Source: Moniliella sp. 'wahieum' | Taxonomy: Eukaryota | Length of the DNA stretch: 64,000 nt | Assembly (NCBI GenBank): GCA_003971905.1 | Contig: RSEE01000025.1 | Span: 372,001 to 436,000, forward strand | Reading direction: 5' to 3' | Shown here: piece by piece, positions 12,397-28,116 of the stretch | Numbering within the stretch: the stretch's first letter is position 1 | How the letters are laid out: each line of letters begins with the position of its first letter | Translations under genes and position numbers: made by a program | Notes under the pieces: model-generated | The model's database searches: none | What the model saw: only the letters and a program-made list of their open reading frames with translations | What the model was told of the DNA's origin: nothing

Positions 12397-14052
12397 CGCC
12401 GGCATCTAAACTACTTCGCGTAGGTCACCAAATTCATATATACCTCACCTCTTTCCTACCCCAAGCAGACATGTCCAATGGGCCCGGCTACAAACCACAA
12501 ACCAAGAAAAGCAGGCAAAGATGGGTGTGCTAGTGCAGCAGAGGAAGACGGGAGGGGGCAAGGCGGCAGGTTGGATTGAGTTGGGTTCGGTCCAGGGATC
12601 CTGCAGATAGGAATGCCCAGGGGCCAGGGCCAGAGACCAAAGATGGATATAGCGATGAAGATGACGACAGAGATGGAGGTGGGAATGGAGATGGAGATAC
12701 GGATGAGCAAGGGGCCAACAGCCATGCGCCGGGACGACTGGATCGGGTGGCAGATACGCCAAGCAAGCAGGTTAGGAGATGTGGATGCCACGGTCGTAGG
12801 CCGATACGGCAGCGTGACGGTGTCCGCGCGTAGAACGGTCGAGATGATCGAGTCCCAAGACGAAGCTTGGCCGGGTCCCATCCCAGTTTCCCCCCGATCT
12901 GGTGAGCCAAGAGGTCGTACGAAAGATTGCGGTGCAAGGACAGGTTCAACTGGGTCGTACTCGTCTGCTTGGCCGCCGGCTTGACCACTAGGTTGTTGAA
13001 TAAAGCGCACTTGCTCCAAACTTTGCGATTGTTTGAGCCAAGATACAAGCTGCCTCAAACTTATTTGAAACTGGTTTCGGGGTATGCCTCAGACCAAACC
13101 TAGCATCCGTTCCCCTTTCTATTGCGTTTCTATAGAGAGATACTCTAGACCCCTTTTGTTACATGCTTTGGTCCCATATAAGGGCAAAGCCAATCCATGT
13201 TTCTTTGGGACCCACCGGTCCCGCGCAGTGAGAAGTGCCTGTGTGGTATAGCTTCCCCTTCACCAACTCTCTCGATCACCCTCGACATCTCAACATAGGT
13301 CAACCTTGTTGGCCAAAAAGTCATAAAACTCGAGCGCGGTAGTGTAACGACCTTGGGCGTGAGCCTCCTCCACCTCGGATGGTGGCATGAATTCTTGGAA
13401 GCAAATGATGTCTCCAGACTGGATCTCGGCCTCAGAAAAGCTGCTGGTATGTTCATTCATTGCCTCAACCATCGTTGGCTTGGTCTCCTCATACAGCCAG
13501 AGCGGCGCAGTGAGAGGTCGCTGGATCAGTGCGTTGATCACAGGCACCAATGAGCCCACGGGATTGCTCTGCTTGACATATGTGCTTGAAAATCCGAGGA
13601 GCGTTTGGTCCTGGACACTGAAGCGCTTGAGGAAGACCAAGGTCCAGTCCGGGTCTTGCTGCAGCGCCTGCGGCGGAAGGGTCGGGAGGTCAAACTCGAT
13701 AAACAACCGCAGCTCTTGCGACCGGCCCGCATACCGTTCCCGCACTTTGTCAATCGTCAGCTCCGTCTTGTCCGGCACGATGCATTCTGGGCGAACGGTC
13801 TGGTTTTGCCGGTTAGCCAACACCCATACACGGAAGTCGGATGCGCGAACATTAAAATGCTGGGCAATCTGCTCTTTGACCGCTTGGAACAGGTCTGTCT
13901 TGCGCACTTTGAGACTGGGTACGTCTACAAGCGACTGGGTGCGCCGGTTGTTGAGTGCCAAATCAAGCCCTGGTATTGACGGAAGGTAGCCTCTGTGATC
14001 AGGCGAACGTTGAGGAAAAAGTGTTGCTCGTGCAGCTCCCGCCCTTGGCCTC
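12388..14052 (-). pseudogene. Degenerate duplicate of the USP7/UBP15 3' region (UBL domains plus 3' UTR)
   Basis: Near-identical direct copies: 12388-12861 = 16489-16970; 12858-12993 = 17795-17930; 13296-14052 = 17926-18681. Carries an internal 828-bp deletion and an LTR insertion. Confidence 0.9.
12994..13295. mobile_element. Solo LTR (302 bp), copia-like termini
   Basis: Starts TGTTGA and ends TCAACA (TG..CA inverted termini). Flanked by the 5-bp direct repeat TAGGT (12989-12993 and 13296-13300). The empty site with a single TAGGT is present in the intact copy at 17926-17930. Confidence 0.9.
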
Positions 14053-15549
14053 TCCTGATGGACCACTGCCAGACCTAGGTTGGTGACCAGGCTTCTTGGC
14101 CGCGACCGACTCGCGGTACGAAGGAGGCGCCTCGTCTGTGCCGGGCGGCGGGGGGTAAACGGGTTGAATTCATCGGGGCCACCAGGGCATCCAGAGGCGG
14201 GGGCAGGGGCTCGAAGGTGGAGCTGGTAGTGGCATTGGCCACCGGTGGCGATGAGGGGGGGACGGCGCTGTAGGGTGTGGGGAGCCCATGATGTGGTGAT
14301 GGTCCTAGGGCACGGGGACGAGGGTGGAGGGTGTGACTGGGGCGGGGGGAAGAGGGACTGCTGGTGCTGGTGCGGACGAGAGGGAGCACGAGGGGGATGG
14401 AGATGCAGAGCACATGTGCACGGCGGCTGCTCAAGGCCTAAATACGGTGCGATCCAGCGTCACGCGTCACCAGCTCACCCGCCATCGAGCCATCCTGAGG
14501 CCTCCTGAGGGCCTCAGGCCTGAGACTGAGGCCTGGGCCTGACCACTCCAGCCGTGCCGGCACAACCAGCAGGACTGCGTCGGCAGGCGTCGGCTGCTGG
14601 CGTCGCTGCGCCCCAAGTCGGCGGGACGTGCCAGGAGTGCGGGGGCTGCTTGGCAATCCAGGCACTCCCAGCCGCTCGCCCGCCCTCTCGCTCGTCGCGG
14701 GGGTTGTGAAGGTTCGGTATCAACATGCTAGGGTCCTCAGGTACTGCGTTCAGTACGTTTAGTCCTTCAAGCTTCAAGCTGTACTTTCCTATAATCGACT
14801 TCCTCCAGCACGAACACACAACCTGGGCCGGTAAGCCTGGGGCTGGCGGCCGCACCCTGAGGCCCAGGCTGGCCCCGACTGCCCCAGGTCGCGTAGAAGG
14901 CCGAAATGACGTCACCGTCTCGCATCCCTTCAGCGTGCCACGATCTATCATTCATCAGCCGATGCATGATGCATGGTTAAATGATCAAATTGATGATCGA
15001 TTGTCACTGATCGCGCATATATAATGCATGATGCCCGTCCTGGGTGCCTGTCGATGCGGCGCCGCTCCGCAGCCATCGCTCCTCCACACCGCAGCGACCA
15101 TCCTCCAATCCATTCCCTCTTGCCGCGGCCGACCACAATCCGTGGGGACGCAGCCACCCCTCGGCTCGGGGCAGCCGCAAGCCACGTCCCTGTCCACATC
15201 GGCAACCCGGCGTAGGGGCCAAGGTCTCATAGTGCATTTGCGTAGCGGTGCCTGGATCGCAGTCAACGGCTGCGCCGAGCATGTTTATTGGAGCCGATCT
15301 CGGCCGTGAGCGACAGGATTCAACGGCGTCTCGTTGGCCGCCAGCATTGCCACCATCCGGAAACACCCCTCGTGGTCTGGCCCTTGGCGCGAGGTACTTT
15401 GATCGCGTTGCGCATTCGCGTCGCCCATCGTATTTCCCCCCACACATCTTGCGCGAGAGAAGATAATAACGCTCCCACTGGCACCCGTTAGCGCCTGTCG
15501 CGGTCGTATGCAGTGCAACTTGGCGGCCACCGTTTTCATCTACTCCATC

Positions 15550-16480
15550 CGCTAGTTAGACGTCGCGCCCGGTGGGTTGGACACGGGTTCCTTTAACGCC
15601 CTGGCCTTGAATATGATACAGCTACGTTGTCTGCCCTGCTGCACAGTTCACGCTAATACTGCTGACCGTTCTGGCGCTACGTCTTGACTGGCCCGTTTTC
15701 ACTTGCAATATGTGGTGTCCGCTTTTCGTTATGCCGACCTCCAACCAATCGAATACGGGTACATGGAACCGCCAAAGGATTTCGGAGGGGATGATGGTAA
15801 GGCGTGGCTGCTAAAGAAGGCCCTGATGTCCAAACCATCGGCTGAGGCTACACTATCATGGCGGACCCGTGCGTGTTTACTCGTGTACGGGTTGCGTGCA
15901 GAAGATGTGGCCATTCTCTGGATATGGGTCGACGATGCTTGCGTCGCTGCCTCATCTGCAGAGATATACTACTACAAAACTTCTTACGGGACCAACGTCA
16001 AGATGTGGATGTCATGGACGGCGGTCCATTCGCATGCTTCTTTGGTGTGGGATTTGTCTTCCAAACCGGAGAGTGCCATGTCTCTCAGGATGACTGTATT
16101 AAAGTGAGCATGAGATGGCTTGGGCGTGAGGGTGAGCCGCCCCATCGCCAGCCCCTCTCCCTACGGGTCAGCTCGGCCCCCGAGCCGCAGGCGAGCAAAA
16201 GTGTTTGGAAAAGGGGGTTTCGTCAGTGAAGTGGGAACACTGGGCTGTATGGATCGCGTCCTGCACCAGACCGGACACTGTTTTTGCTGTGCGGCCCCTC
16301 AGCCAAGAACTGCTGCGCAAACCCTGGTCCCCAAAAACATTGGACGGCTTTGACGGGTGTATATGGGGCTACTTGGCTAACACTGCTGGTCTACTAGTAC
16401 TCAGGCTCCATCGTACCGTTGGCCCACCGCAGGAATTGTATACTGACAGCAGTTACAACGAGCGATGGGACAGCAAGGTT
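15550..16480 (+). mobile_element. Degenerate Ty1/copia retrotransposon pol fragment (RT to the start of RNase H)
   Basis: Decayed copia motifs across frames: RRARWVGHGF (KARLVAKGF), VSAFRYADL..YMEPPKDF, WLLKKAL, ADPCVF, LWIWVDD (YVDD), IASCTRPDTVFAV..LSQ, LYTDSSY (YSDADW). Confidence 0.85.
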
Positions 16481-16880
16481 CAGGACGGCTCAATTAGCGC
16501 CGGCATCTAAACTACTTCGCGTAGGTCACCAAATTCATATATACCTCACCTCTTTCCTACCCCAAGCAGAATGACATGGGCAATGGGCCCGGCTACAAAC
16601 CACAAACCAAGAAAAGCAGGCAAAGATGGGTGTGCTAGTGCAGCAGAGGAAGACGGGAGGGGGCAAGGCGGCAGGTTGGATTGAGTTGGGTTCGGTCCAG
16701 GGATCCTGCAGATAGGAATGCCCAGGGGCCAGGGGCCAGAGACCAAAGATGGAGGTAGCGATGAAGATGACGACAGAGATGGAGGTGGGAATGGAGATGG
16801 AGATACGGATGAGCAAGGGGCCAACAGCCATGCGCCGGGACGACTGCATCGGGTGGCAGATACGCCAAGCGACGAGGGGG

Positions 16881-20622
<3,742 letters not shown>

Positions 20623-22805
20623 GGCAGCAAGCCGTTTGCACGAGACTCGCAGGAAGCAGTAGCAATAACAGCAGCAGCAACACCGGCGGCGGTGGAGGTG
20701 GTGGAGGTGGTGGAACTCCGAGAGGCGCACTGGCCGGCGGATGTCGTGTCGACGTCGCCCGCTGGGGGGGGGCAGAGGCACGGGGGCAGTGTATCTGCGC
20801 CATGTTCAGCTGGCCTGGGCGCCGCTGGCTGCCCCTGTGCCTCGCAGAGGCCTGGCTCTGGCAGCGGCCGCCCGCCCCGAGCCGGCAGCGGGCGCGGTCG
20901 GCAGGGTCGCCTCTGCGCCTGCGGCCACGCTGAGCGGCGTGCCGGCCACGCGCTCGGGGGACAGCAAGGCGCCGCGGCCGAGGCCGAGGAGCATCGGTAT
21001 CGAGCATCTATCTCATTACAAGGCCAGCGTTCCTGCTCCTCGTACCCGTTATCTTGTTCCGGGTCCCGGCGGGGTGGCTCCAGCGCTCATCAGCACCAGC
21101 AGGCATCAGCTCAAGCGCTCCGATCCTATCAGATCGCAAGATGCAGACTCTTCGTCCTGCCTCCGTCATTGTCATTGTTGTTGTCATCGTCATCGTCATC
21201 GGCCTGACCTGGTACGTCACATAACCCAAGTACGGAGCAGTGGTGATTGAACATTGAGCCGCTCAAGCTGAGCACACAAAAATGGTATGCACGATTCTGT
21301 ACTCAGTCTCAGTACTCAGTCCGAGTGCTCATTAACTCTCGCCCGCGCATGGGCAATTCTACCTTCATGTCGACCACCGAGGCGATCAACGGAGGAGGGT
21401 CGATGCAGAATGCCTTGGAGGTAGGTCTAGTCAGGCACGAGGCAGATAGCACAATCAAAGCTGGAGCAAGAAGCCGGGCGTATAACCCTCCCCCGCGCTG
21501 CCTCCAAATCTAGCAAGTCCCTCAGGGAGTACTCGATGAGCGATGAGCTTTAACGTTGAGGGCGTGCTGGAGGGCGCAATGCGCAACAGCACGCCCGTCG
21601 GCAGTTGAGCAGCGGCGTTGCAGCTGAGTTGTACTCGTACTCGGTGCAGTCGGCTGGGCCAACTTGCCAGCGTTCGCTATGGCAGGCAGCATGGCCTGGG
21701 CGCGTCCGTGGGCTCTGGCCAGGGCCAAGCGGTATGTCATGGCGACACGTGGCCAGGGGGCGCACTAGGTTATGGCATCGACGATGCATATTGCATGGCG
21801 ATCATCGATCACGCATGGTGGCAGATGATCGATGTGTGCTTATGTGCTTATGCGCTTATGTCATCAATTGCATCAGCCAGCTGCGGAGGCTGAAGCAATG
21901 ATCGATGATCGATGATCGATGAGCGCCGGAGCAGCGACAGCTGACACGCAGGGCACACTGCCCCCGCTCCGCCGCCACATTCCTGCGCGCCCGCCGATCC
22001 ACCGCAGAAAAGCGCACCGCCCACAGCCTGCGCGCTGTGTCCCACGCTTGCGCCCTGCCTGCCCCTGGACGAGCTGGACGCAGCACTGAAAATGCTGGAC
22101 TAGTGACTAGTGAGTACTGAGTGACTGACTACCAGGGCTTCGTTCAGGTTGAACGTACGGAACGTTGACACGAATATTGAACGTTTTCAGCAACGCCAGG
22201 TGCTGGGCAGCCACACTGGTACAGGTAACACCATGCCACCCCAGGCGCCATGCCACACCCCTGCCACTCCGCTGCCACTCCGTGCCACTCCGCTGCCACT
22301 CCTCGCGCGGCGGCAGAGGAGGCGTGGATTGCGGTCAGCGAGATGATGTCGATGATCAGTCATGCATCGGGCTGGTTGCGACAGGCTGCGACCGCAAGTG
22401 CAACGCAGCTGCGACGGACTGCGACTGCGACTGCGGCTGCGACTGCCAAGTGCTGGTCCAGCTTCAAGCACGGGCAGCCGACATGATGCATGACATGTGA
22501 CACACGATGCATGATCGTCGTTTCGGCGCGTGGCCCATGCCAACCAAAATGCTCCACCAGTGCGGGGTCGCGCCTCGCGCTCAGGCCGCCGCCACCGCGC
22601 CAGTGTGCCCAGCCAGCCCGCCACGCCTCGATTCTCGCCGAGAATGGCTTTCGGCTGCTATACCACTGCTACTGCTACTACTACTTGTCCTGCCGCACCC
22701 CTTCTTCTCCTGCGCGCCCCCTCTCTGCTCCGCCCTCCTTCTCGCGCCCCTCCTCCATCCCTAGTACCACCCCACCTCGCCTCGCCTGGTCCCGCCGTGT
22801 GCCTA

Positions 22806-24538
22806 TGCGCCTGGGTGCGTCTGCGTGTGCTCGATGATGCTTGCTGCTGATCGCCTGCCGGTGCGCCGCCTACGCCCTGCCCCGCTGCCTGCCCCGCCGC
22901 CTGCCCCGCCGCCGATCGTGTCCCCAGCCCTGCTCGCCCAACGCGTGCTGTGCGCGCCCTCACCGCCCTGCTCGCCGTCGGTGCCCTGCTGCTCTTTGGC
23001 ACCCTCGTCGTCCTCGGCACGGTCTGGGCCTTCTTCCACACCGATCCCCGCGCTCTCCTTACCCCAGCGAGATCACCCTCGTCTACCCGCCTTCCACTGG
23101 TCCGACTCTCGTTTCGATCACGCCCCCTCCTCCACCGGCCTGGCCCGACGCAATCTTGCGCCCCCTGGCTCGGCCCAGGACGACCACCAGCTCAACTGGC
23201 AGCGCAATTACCCCACATTGCCCAGCTCTTCTCCCTCCGATCCCTCTGGTCCGTGCTGCGCTGCATCCAGCCCCGCTTCCGACGTTGCCACACCACCTCG
23301 GCGGCTCCCCACCCTTCTCGGCGCGTGTCGCCCGGTAGTGGGCTCCCACATACAATGCAAGTGCCTACTTTGGCCACTTTGAGCCTGGCCGCTACAATGG
23401 CACCCGTCCTCGCAAGCAAGGGGAGCAGATCCCGCGTCTGATCCACCAAACGTGGAAGACCGCATCGGTGCCGGCCAAGTGGAAGGAGAATGCGCAAGGG
23501 TGCCGCGCCATGCACCCGGACTACGATTACATTCTTTGGACCGACGACGATGCACGGGCCTTATTGCGGCCGAGTACGCTTGGTTCCTGCCACGTTTGAT
23601 GCCTACCCTTACAACATTGAGCGCGCCGATGCGATTCGCTACTTTGTCTTGCACCGCTATGGCGGCATCTATATGGACTTGGACATGGGTTGCGTCCGGC
23701 CCATGGACCCTTGCTTCAGTTTGAAGTGGTGTTGCCCCAAACCAAGCCGGTGGGCGTATCCAACGACCTGATGCTCTCCGCCCCGGGCCATGCGTTTTCA
23801 CCCACGCGATCCAGCTGATTGGCCAGTGGAACAAAAACTACCTGATCCCGTATGCCACCGTCATGTTCTCGACTGGGCCCATGTTTATCAGTGGTGCCTA
23901 TGGCCAGTACACGCGCTTGCATGGATCGGCGCTGCCTTCGACCGTCGAGCAGCCACGACGCGGCACACGGCATTCGCATCTTGCCGCAGATCCTCTATGG
24001 CAAGTTGCAGAAACCCGCCTCCCGGCTGCACATCCAACCGGGCGCGTTTTACAGTCACTACTACGGCTCCTCCTGGCACGCGGGCGACGCTAATTTTATC
24101 AAGCTGCTCGGCAACAGTGGCTGGATCGTCGTTGCTGCTGCGCTGGTGCTGGTTGGCGTAGCAGCTTCGCGGTCGTACCGTGCTTCTCGTACTGCGCCTA
24201 CGCGTCTGCCTCCTTCCCCCTCGGATGTCGGGTCGTTGTTCAAAGGTCATTGGCTGGCGCCTCCAGCGCGGATGCGCTCCAGCTCGCCCCTCAGCTCGGC
24301 TGCCAGCTCCTCTGCACCCTGGCCCCAGGGGCCAGCGGGCGAGGGCTGGACGACCGAGTCCGAGTGGGACCAGGACGAGTCGCTGGACCTGGTGGACCTC
24401 GAAACGCTTGGCGCAAGCCGGGAAAAAACGAGAGTCCGAGGAACTACGCGAGGCGTATGCGTATGCGCGTGCGTGCGATGCCAATGTGCTGGGGACCAGC
24501 ATGACCCTCTTGCCCCTACCCCGAGGGAGGATACATGA
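22806..24538 (+). CDS. Glycosyltransferase family 32 (Sur1/Csh1-like mannosyltransferase), frameshifted
   Basis: N-terminal TM helix; IPRLIHQTWK; ILWTDDDA; YPYNIERADAIRYFVLHRYGGIYMDLD (DXD); PYATVMFSTGPMF; HYYGSSWH; C-terminal TM. Start and end are uncertain. Confidence 0.85.
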
Positions 24539-25437
24539 GGCTGAGCCTAGCCCAGTGTCCCTCCCCCATCTTACCTTCTGCCTTCGTTCTTGCGGCCCGG
24601 GCGGGCGCGAAGGGGCAGGGGCGTACCGCTCCTGACCCATCTCCCCTGACTGGCGCTGCGCCCCTGTACTTGTACCCACCTCTTACGACACTTTTGCCGC
24701 CTATTCTGCTATTGGATGGTACAGTAGGACATCTCTGTCTTCTTCTTTTCTGCGCCCCCACCTCTGGCCCTCAACCAACATGCGCGCCACAGAACCTTGT
24801 CCCTCTCTCTGCATCCTGGGCGTTTCGCCTATCCTTGGGATTTCTCCTGGTCTACGATAGAAGATTGGGATTTTCATGCATCATGTAGGACACACAGGAC
24901 GCACTGGGCCTCGCGCCATTCTGGACGGCCCGCCGTGGGATGGTACGATAGCGGTGGATGGACTGGCTGGTGTGATCCGCTCCTGGACTTAGTAGCACTG
25001 TCTCGTCCCCCGCCGGGCAGTGCCCAATGGCATTGAGCATGTAGCCTTCATGCTGTGGGCCATGTATTCTGTGTTTGGCCCAATCCGAGCGCTTATCAGC
25101 TTCATCCCTTGGATATACGTTCCTGTCTGTTCCTTCTTCCCAACCTCACTTTCCCGCCGGCCATGTTGAGCGTCGCACCCCCGGACAAGAGCACAGCTGT
25201 AGAATGCACCGGACCTCTTTCTCAGCCCCTTTAGTTCTGTGACCACGTCCACATGGTCGAATCGAGTAGTGGTACAAGGACACGCGAGCGAATGGCCTCG
25301 CCAAGCTCGGACAAGCCGTTTTGAACGTAAGCCACTCCAACCTGGACTGCGGCCCGCCGACAGAGCGCAAATTCGATTCGGGATGAACTGGCGCATCGGC
25401 CCTGCCACCACGATGGCCACGCCTGGGCCACGGTGGA

Positions 25438-26715
25438 TCATTGGCCCAGCCGATCCAACTGTTGCAGGAACTTCTCCAGTCCACACGTCCACCGAAGTAG
25501 GCGGGCCTGGCTGGCGGGTTCCAGATGCTTGCGCAAGGTATCCAGTCGTCGGATGGCCGTGCGGCGGCGCTCCTCATCGTCGGGCGTGTCGGTTTGCTGG
25601 GCTTCTCTCCGCCTCAGCCAAGGTCTTGGCCAACAAGGGCGGCAAGTTGTACACCTCCTACGCAAAAGTTGTATTAGTACTCGCAAACTTTCCCTGGAAG
25701 CGTAACAAGGGGGGAGGGGGCGTACATCGACATAAGTCCACGCGGGGAGGTAGGTGCGCAACGGCACTGGTCCCAACTGCGATGGGGTCTGGGACGAACG
25801 AGAGGGCGAGGATTGGGCCTGCTGCTCCAACTGGGCATTGAGGTGGTGTACCGAGCTGGGTCCACCTACGATCTCCCGGAGCGCTTCGGCTCCGTTCGGG
25901 CATAGACGCCCTGATGAAGTTGCTCGTTATCGGGCGGGGGAACAATTCGCTCAGCCACCGTCGGGGCGGTCCGAGTGCTGCAAGCGGTCCAGGCAAAGTC
26001 TCCGCTTGCTCGGCAGACATGACATCCACACGGCCTCGGGCGGGCGGTAGCCCTCGGGCGCAATGTGTTGTGCCTGGCGAGACCAATGTCGTGGCTGAGG
26101 AACGGGGTGGGGCGCATAGCTTGCGTCCCCAGGCGCAGGCCCGCCGCCTCCACCACACTGGTCATACTTGCGGCACAGCCCCATGCACCTGTTCTTCTTC
26201 TCGAGAAGAGCAAGAAAGTCCTCGTCGGTCGGGCGGGCAGGGGCAGGACGGAGAGCGGGCGGCGTGGCTGGCTCCGGGCCCGTCACCCCACTGGCACCGC
26301 ACCAGCCCAAGCATGGTCCCACCCGGCTGATGGGAGGCGAAGGCCTCCGCGCGAGGCTGGTCCCGAGGCCGGCGTGGCAACGCCGTATACTCATTGTCGT
26401 GGGCGAGGCGGGGAACGTGTGGCGCTCTGACCGGAACGCCGCACCGGGCGGCAGCCGACGCCGAGGTCGAGGGCGCCTGGCCGCCGGTATACATCTGCGC
26501 GCCTTCCCAGGCTGCAGCGGAGCTAGCAGCAGCAAATTGCGGAGCCTTTGCGTTGCACTGAGGCCTTGAGCCAGGTCCTGCAGCATCCCGGCGCCCGAGG
26601 GGAGCAGGCTAGAGGCCAGAGAGGGCTTGTTTGGCAAGGGGCGGCGCAGAGGGCCTTGGCCTTGCCATTCGATGGCCCCACCAGGCGGCGGGGGGGGCAC
26701 AGGCGGGGTGGACAT
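25438..26715 (-). CDS. Hypothetical protein (frameshifted, family not recognised)
   Basis: ATG at 26715 after a pyrimidine-rich leader. Protein-like segments in alternating frames (PTDEDFLALLEKKNRCMGLCRKYDQ; LDTLRKHLEP..LLRWTCGLEKFLQQLDRLGQ*). Confidence 0.45.
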
Positions 26716-28116
26716 GGGAGCGCAACGGCAGAGGGAAGGCGGGGGAAGAATGAAGCGCAGACCAGCCCAGCGTCGCTCCCCGCACCAACGCGGGGAGCCG
26801 CCCGGCTTGCAGTCGGCCGGTTAGCGCGGAGAGCGGACAGAGCGGAGCTGGCACGGTCTTGAACATTGCAGGTAGGCCCGTGCTCGTCACCGGTCAGGTG
26901 GTGAGCGATATTACGGTACTGGTGATATTGAATCCTGGCACAGGATAGGGTTGTGTTGGAGCTACTGACATACGATAGGCCATGCTTTCCCTATAGCCCG
27001 AGAAGTACCATTTCGTGCCAAAGGCCTGTTAAAGCGTACCTTTTTTGGCCCCCTACATATGAGCTCTGCATCGGTCCTATATGCATCCCGTCCAACGTAG
27101 TCCTGTAGGCCGGGTGGCACGTCGGCGTCGATTGAGAAGGGGTATTAGCACAGAATAGATGATCAGCACATGGAAAGCACCTCAACTCTCATCTCTCTTT
27201 CTCTCTCCCCAAAAGCCCGTCATCACCAACTGCATACCTTCCCACTGTTTTCATACTTCCCATTTCACTCTCTATGTCCTTAGAGATGCGAGCGAGGGAG
27301 CCTACCAACAAAAAGGAAGATCAAGAACAGTCAATGTATGGCAACTAAACAGATCCGGAATCCACGCCACACAGCATGGTGCGATATGAGGGTTTTGTAG
27401 ATGAAGCAGCCAGCTGCGGGAAGCGAGCCAACGGTAAGACGATGGCGAATGATGGGACCAAAGGGAGGAACCAAAAGGCGAGCGCAGCAAGATCCAAGGT
27501 GAAGCCAAGACCCAAACGGCTCATCCGGATTGTCCTGACTTAACGATAAGCCCACATAGTCCAGACCATTTCGGGCTATTGTTTAGCGCAGCGCCCAACG
27601 ATCAAAACACCGCCCAATCGGCTCAGCTGATCTGGCCTCTGAGGCATCCCACGGTCGGGAGGCGGTATGGACAAAACGAGTGAAAGCGACCAACCTGCTG
27701 CCAAACGCGAGGCTCAACAGACGAGCCACATGAGGCAGGGGCACAGAGGCAGAGAGAGAGAGAGAGGAGAGAGCGTGTGTGCGGCAGCGCTCCCGTAGGG
27801 AGACAGACAACGCCGCAGGAGACCCGATACACAGTCGGAACGTATAGAGCAAAGAGAAGTGTGAGGCGGGGGATCAAGCAGGAGAGAGAAAGGGGGAGGG
27901 GACGATTAGGATCCGCTTTCTCCCATCAGGACGTGAGCCTGGGGGGGCAAGCGAGGATCAGCCTATCCCCGAAATGAGTTCATCAGATTCGTGAGAGCGC
28001 GTGAGGATTACGTGAGAGGAGGCGCGAGACGCGGGAGGTAAAGGCAAGGGAGTGGCCGTAAGGAGGATGCAAAGGTCCGTGGTTATGCAAAAAGTTGAGA
28101 CGCCAACGCAGAGACG

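Noticed and set aside
13296..14052. RIP-type hypermutation of the duplicated USP7 segment
   Set aside because: Differences between the copies are sparse and include transversions and transitions in both directions, with no dense C-to-T pattern by eye.
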